64,000 nt of DNA. Source: Felis catus. Taxonomy: Eukaryota. The translations under genes were made by a program, and so were the position numbers. The notes under the pieces are model-generated. The model had not been told where the DNA came from. It did not search any database and was given only the letters and a program-made list of their open reading frames with translations. The stretch is from positions 62,188,001 through 62,252,000 of the forward strand of contig NC_058368.1 in the NCBI RefSeq assembly GCF_018350175.1, read 5' to 3'. Shown one piece after another: positions 63,164-64,000 of the stretch (its first letter is position 1; each line of letters opens with the position of its first letter).

Positions 63164-64000
63164 TCTTATTTTACATATATGGCAAATCTCAAAATGAAAA
63201 AGTAAATTGGGAAGAGTGTACAACTGCAGAATTATAAATACAAATAAGGACACCTGTTTGATCAGTTTCTGTAATAACTCCATCTCTTTTTTTTTCTATT
63301 TCTTTCTCCTCTCTTTTTTTTTCTTGCCTGCTTTATTTATTTTCTAATTATACGTATACATAAATGCATTGATTCCTGCTTACTCTCTAAAGCTTTTCAA
63401 AATGTGTTTAGCCTAAACTAGGTACTCTAACATTCTTTAAGTACTTTTGTCCTTAGTACATTATGTAAATGGTATTTTATTTTATTTTCAGTAGTAGCTG
63501 CTAATTATAATTGCATTTGTGAAGTTGGAAGTAAAAATAATTTATATAAAAATATTATTTAACACCTATACAACATTAAAATCATTAGTAATAAATAGTG
63601 TTACCCTAGATTACATTTACCAAAATGTGATCAAAGGACAAAAAGGTGTGAAAGTGATTTTACATATAAGATGCTTGAAAACTATCCTGGAATTTTTTTC
63701 TTGAGAAAATACAATATAAATAAGTTAATTAGTGATGTACTACTTGAAAACTATTCAGTGATGCAGCTTAAATAAACAGGTACACCTACCAAAAACACTG
63801 ACTATAAGAACACAGATTACTGCAACACATATTTCTTGACTGGCTTAGTATAATGTTTAAAGAGATCACACTTACATGTCAGGAGCCTTTATGATGCTCT
63901 TTGATCTCTAAGCTTCAGAGCTGAAAGGATTTGGAAGTCATTGTCAGCAATTGCAGAGAACTGCCATCTTATTTGATATCCCTTTGATATTTGGCCTCTT

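Overview
AT-rich, repeat-dense mammalian genomic DNA, almost certainly from a felid (cat family), judged by many tRNA-derived Can-SINEs including young Felis-type copies and cat-type L1 3' UTRs. Roughly half the window is transposon-derived: a near-full-length decayed carnivore L1 (18763-26174) with four nested SINEs, three young 5'-truncated cat L1s (one with a twin-priming inversion nested in a SINE), about 25 SINEs, a solo ERV LTR, MaLR LTRs, a Tigger-type MITE, MER3/MER94-like hAT relics, ancient L1M/L2/MIR fragments and microsatellites. No known host gene, RNA gene or CRISPR array could be recognised. Nearly all ORF-track entries are repeat or low-complexity artefacts, apart from L1 ORF1/ORF2 remnants. 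The unique islands contain unidentified splice-bounded candidate exons: a phase-consistent four-exon + strand chain at 1389-2366, a Cys-rich exon at 17803, and short - strand exons at 13314, 30.6-32.2 kb and 59291. They also hold small CpG-retaining motif clusters (CRE/X-box-like at 30013-30036; CCAAT/GC box at 32462). I found no convincing new biological system. The best leads are the candidate exon chains and a locally templated SINE-tail insertion. Repeat family names come from recalled consensus similarity, not a database search.
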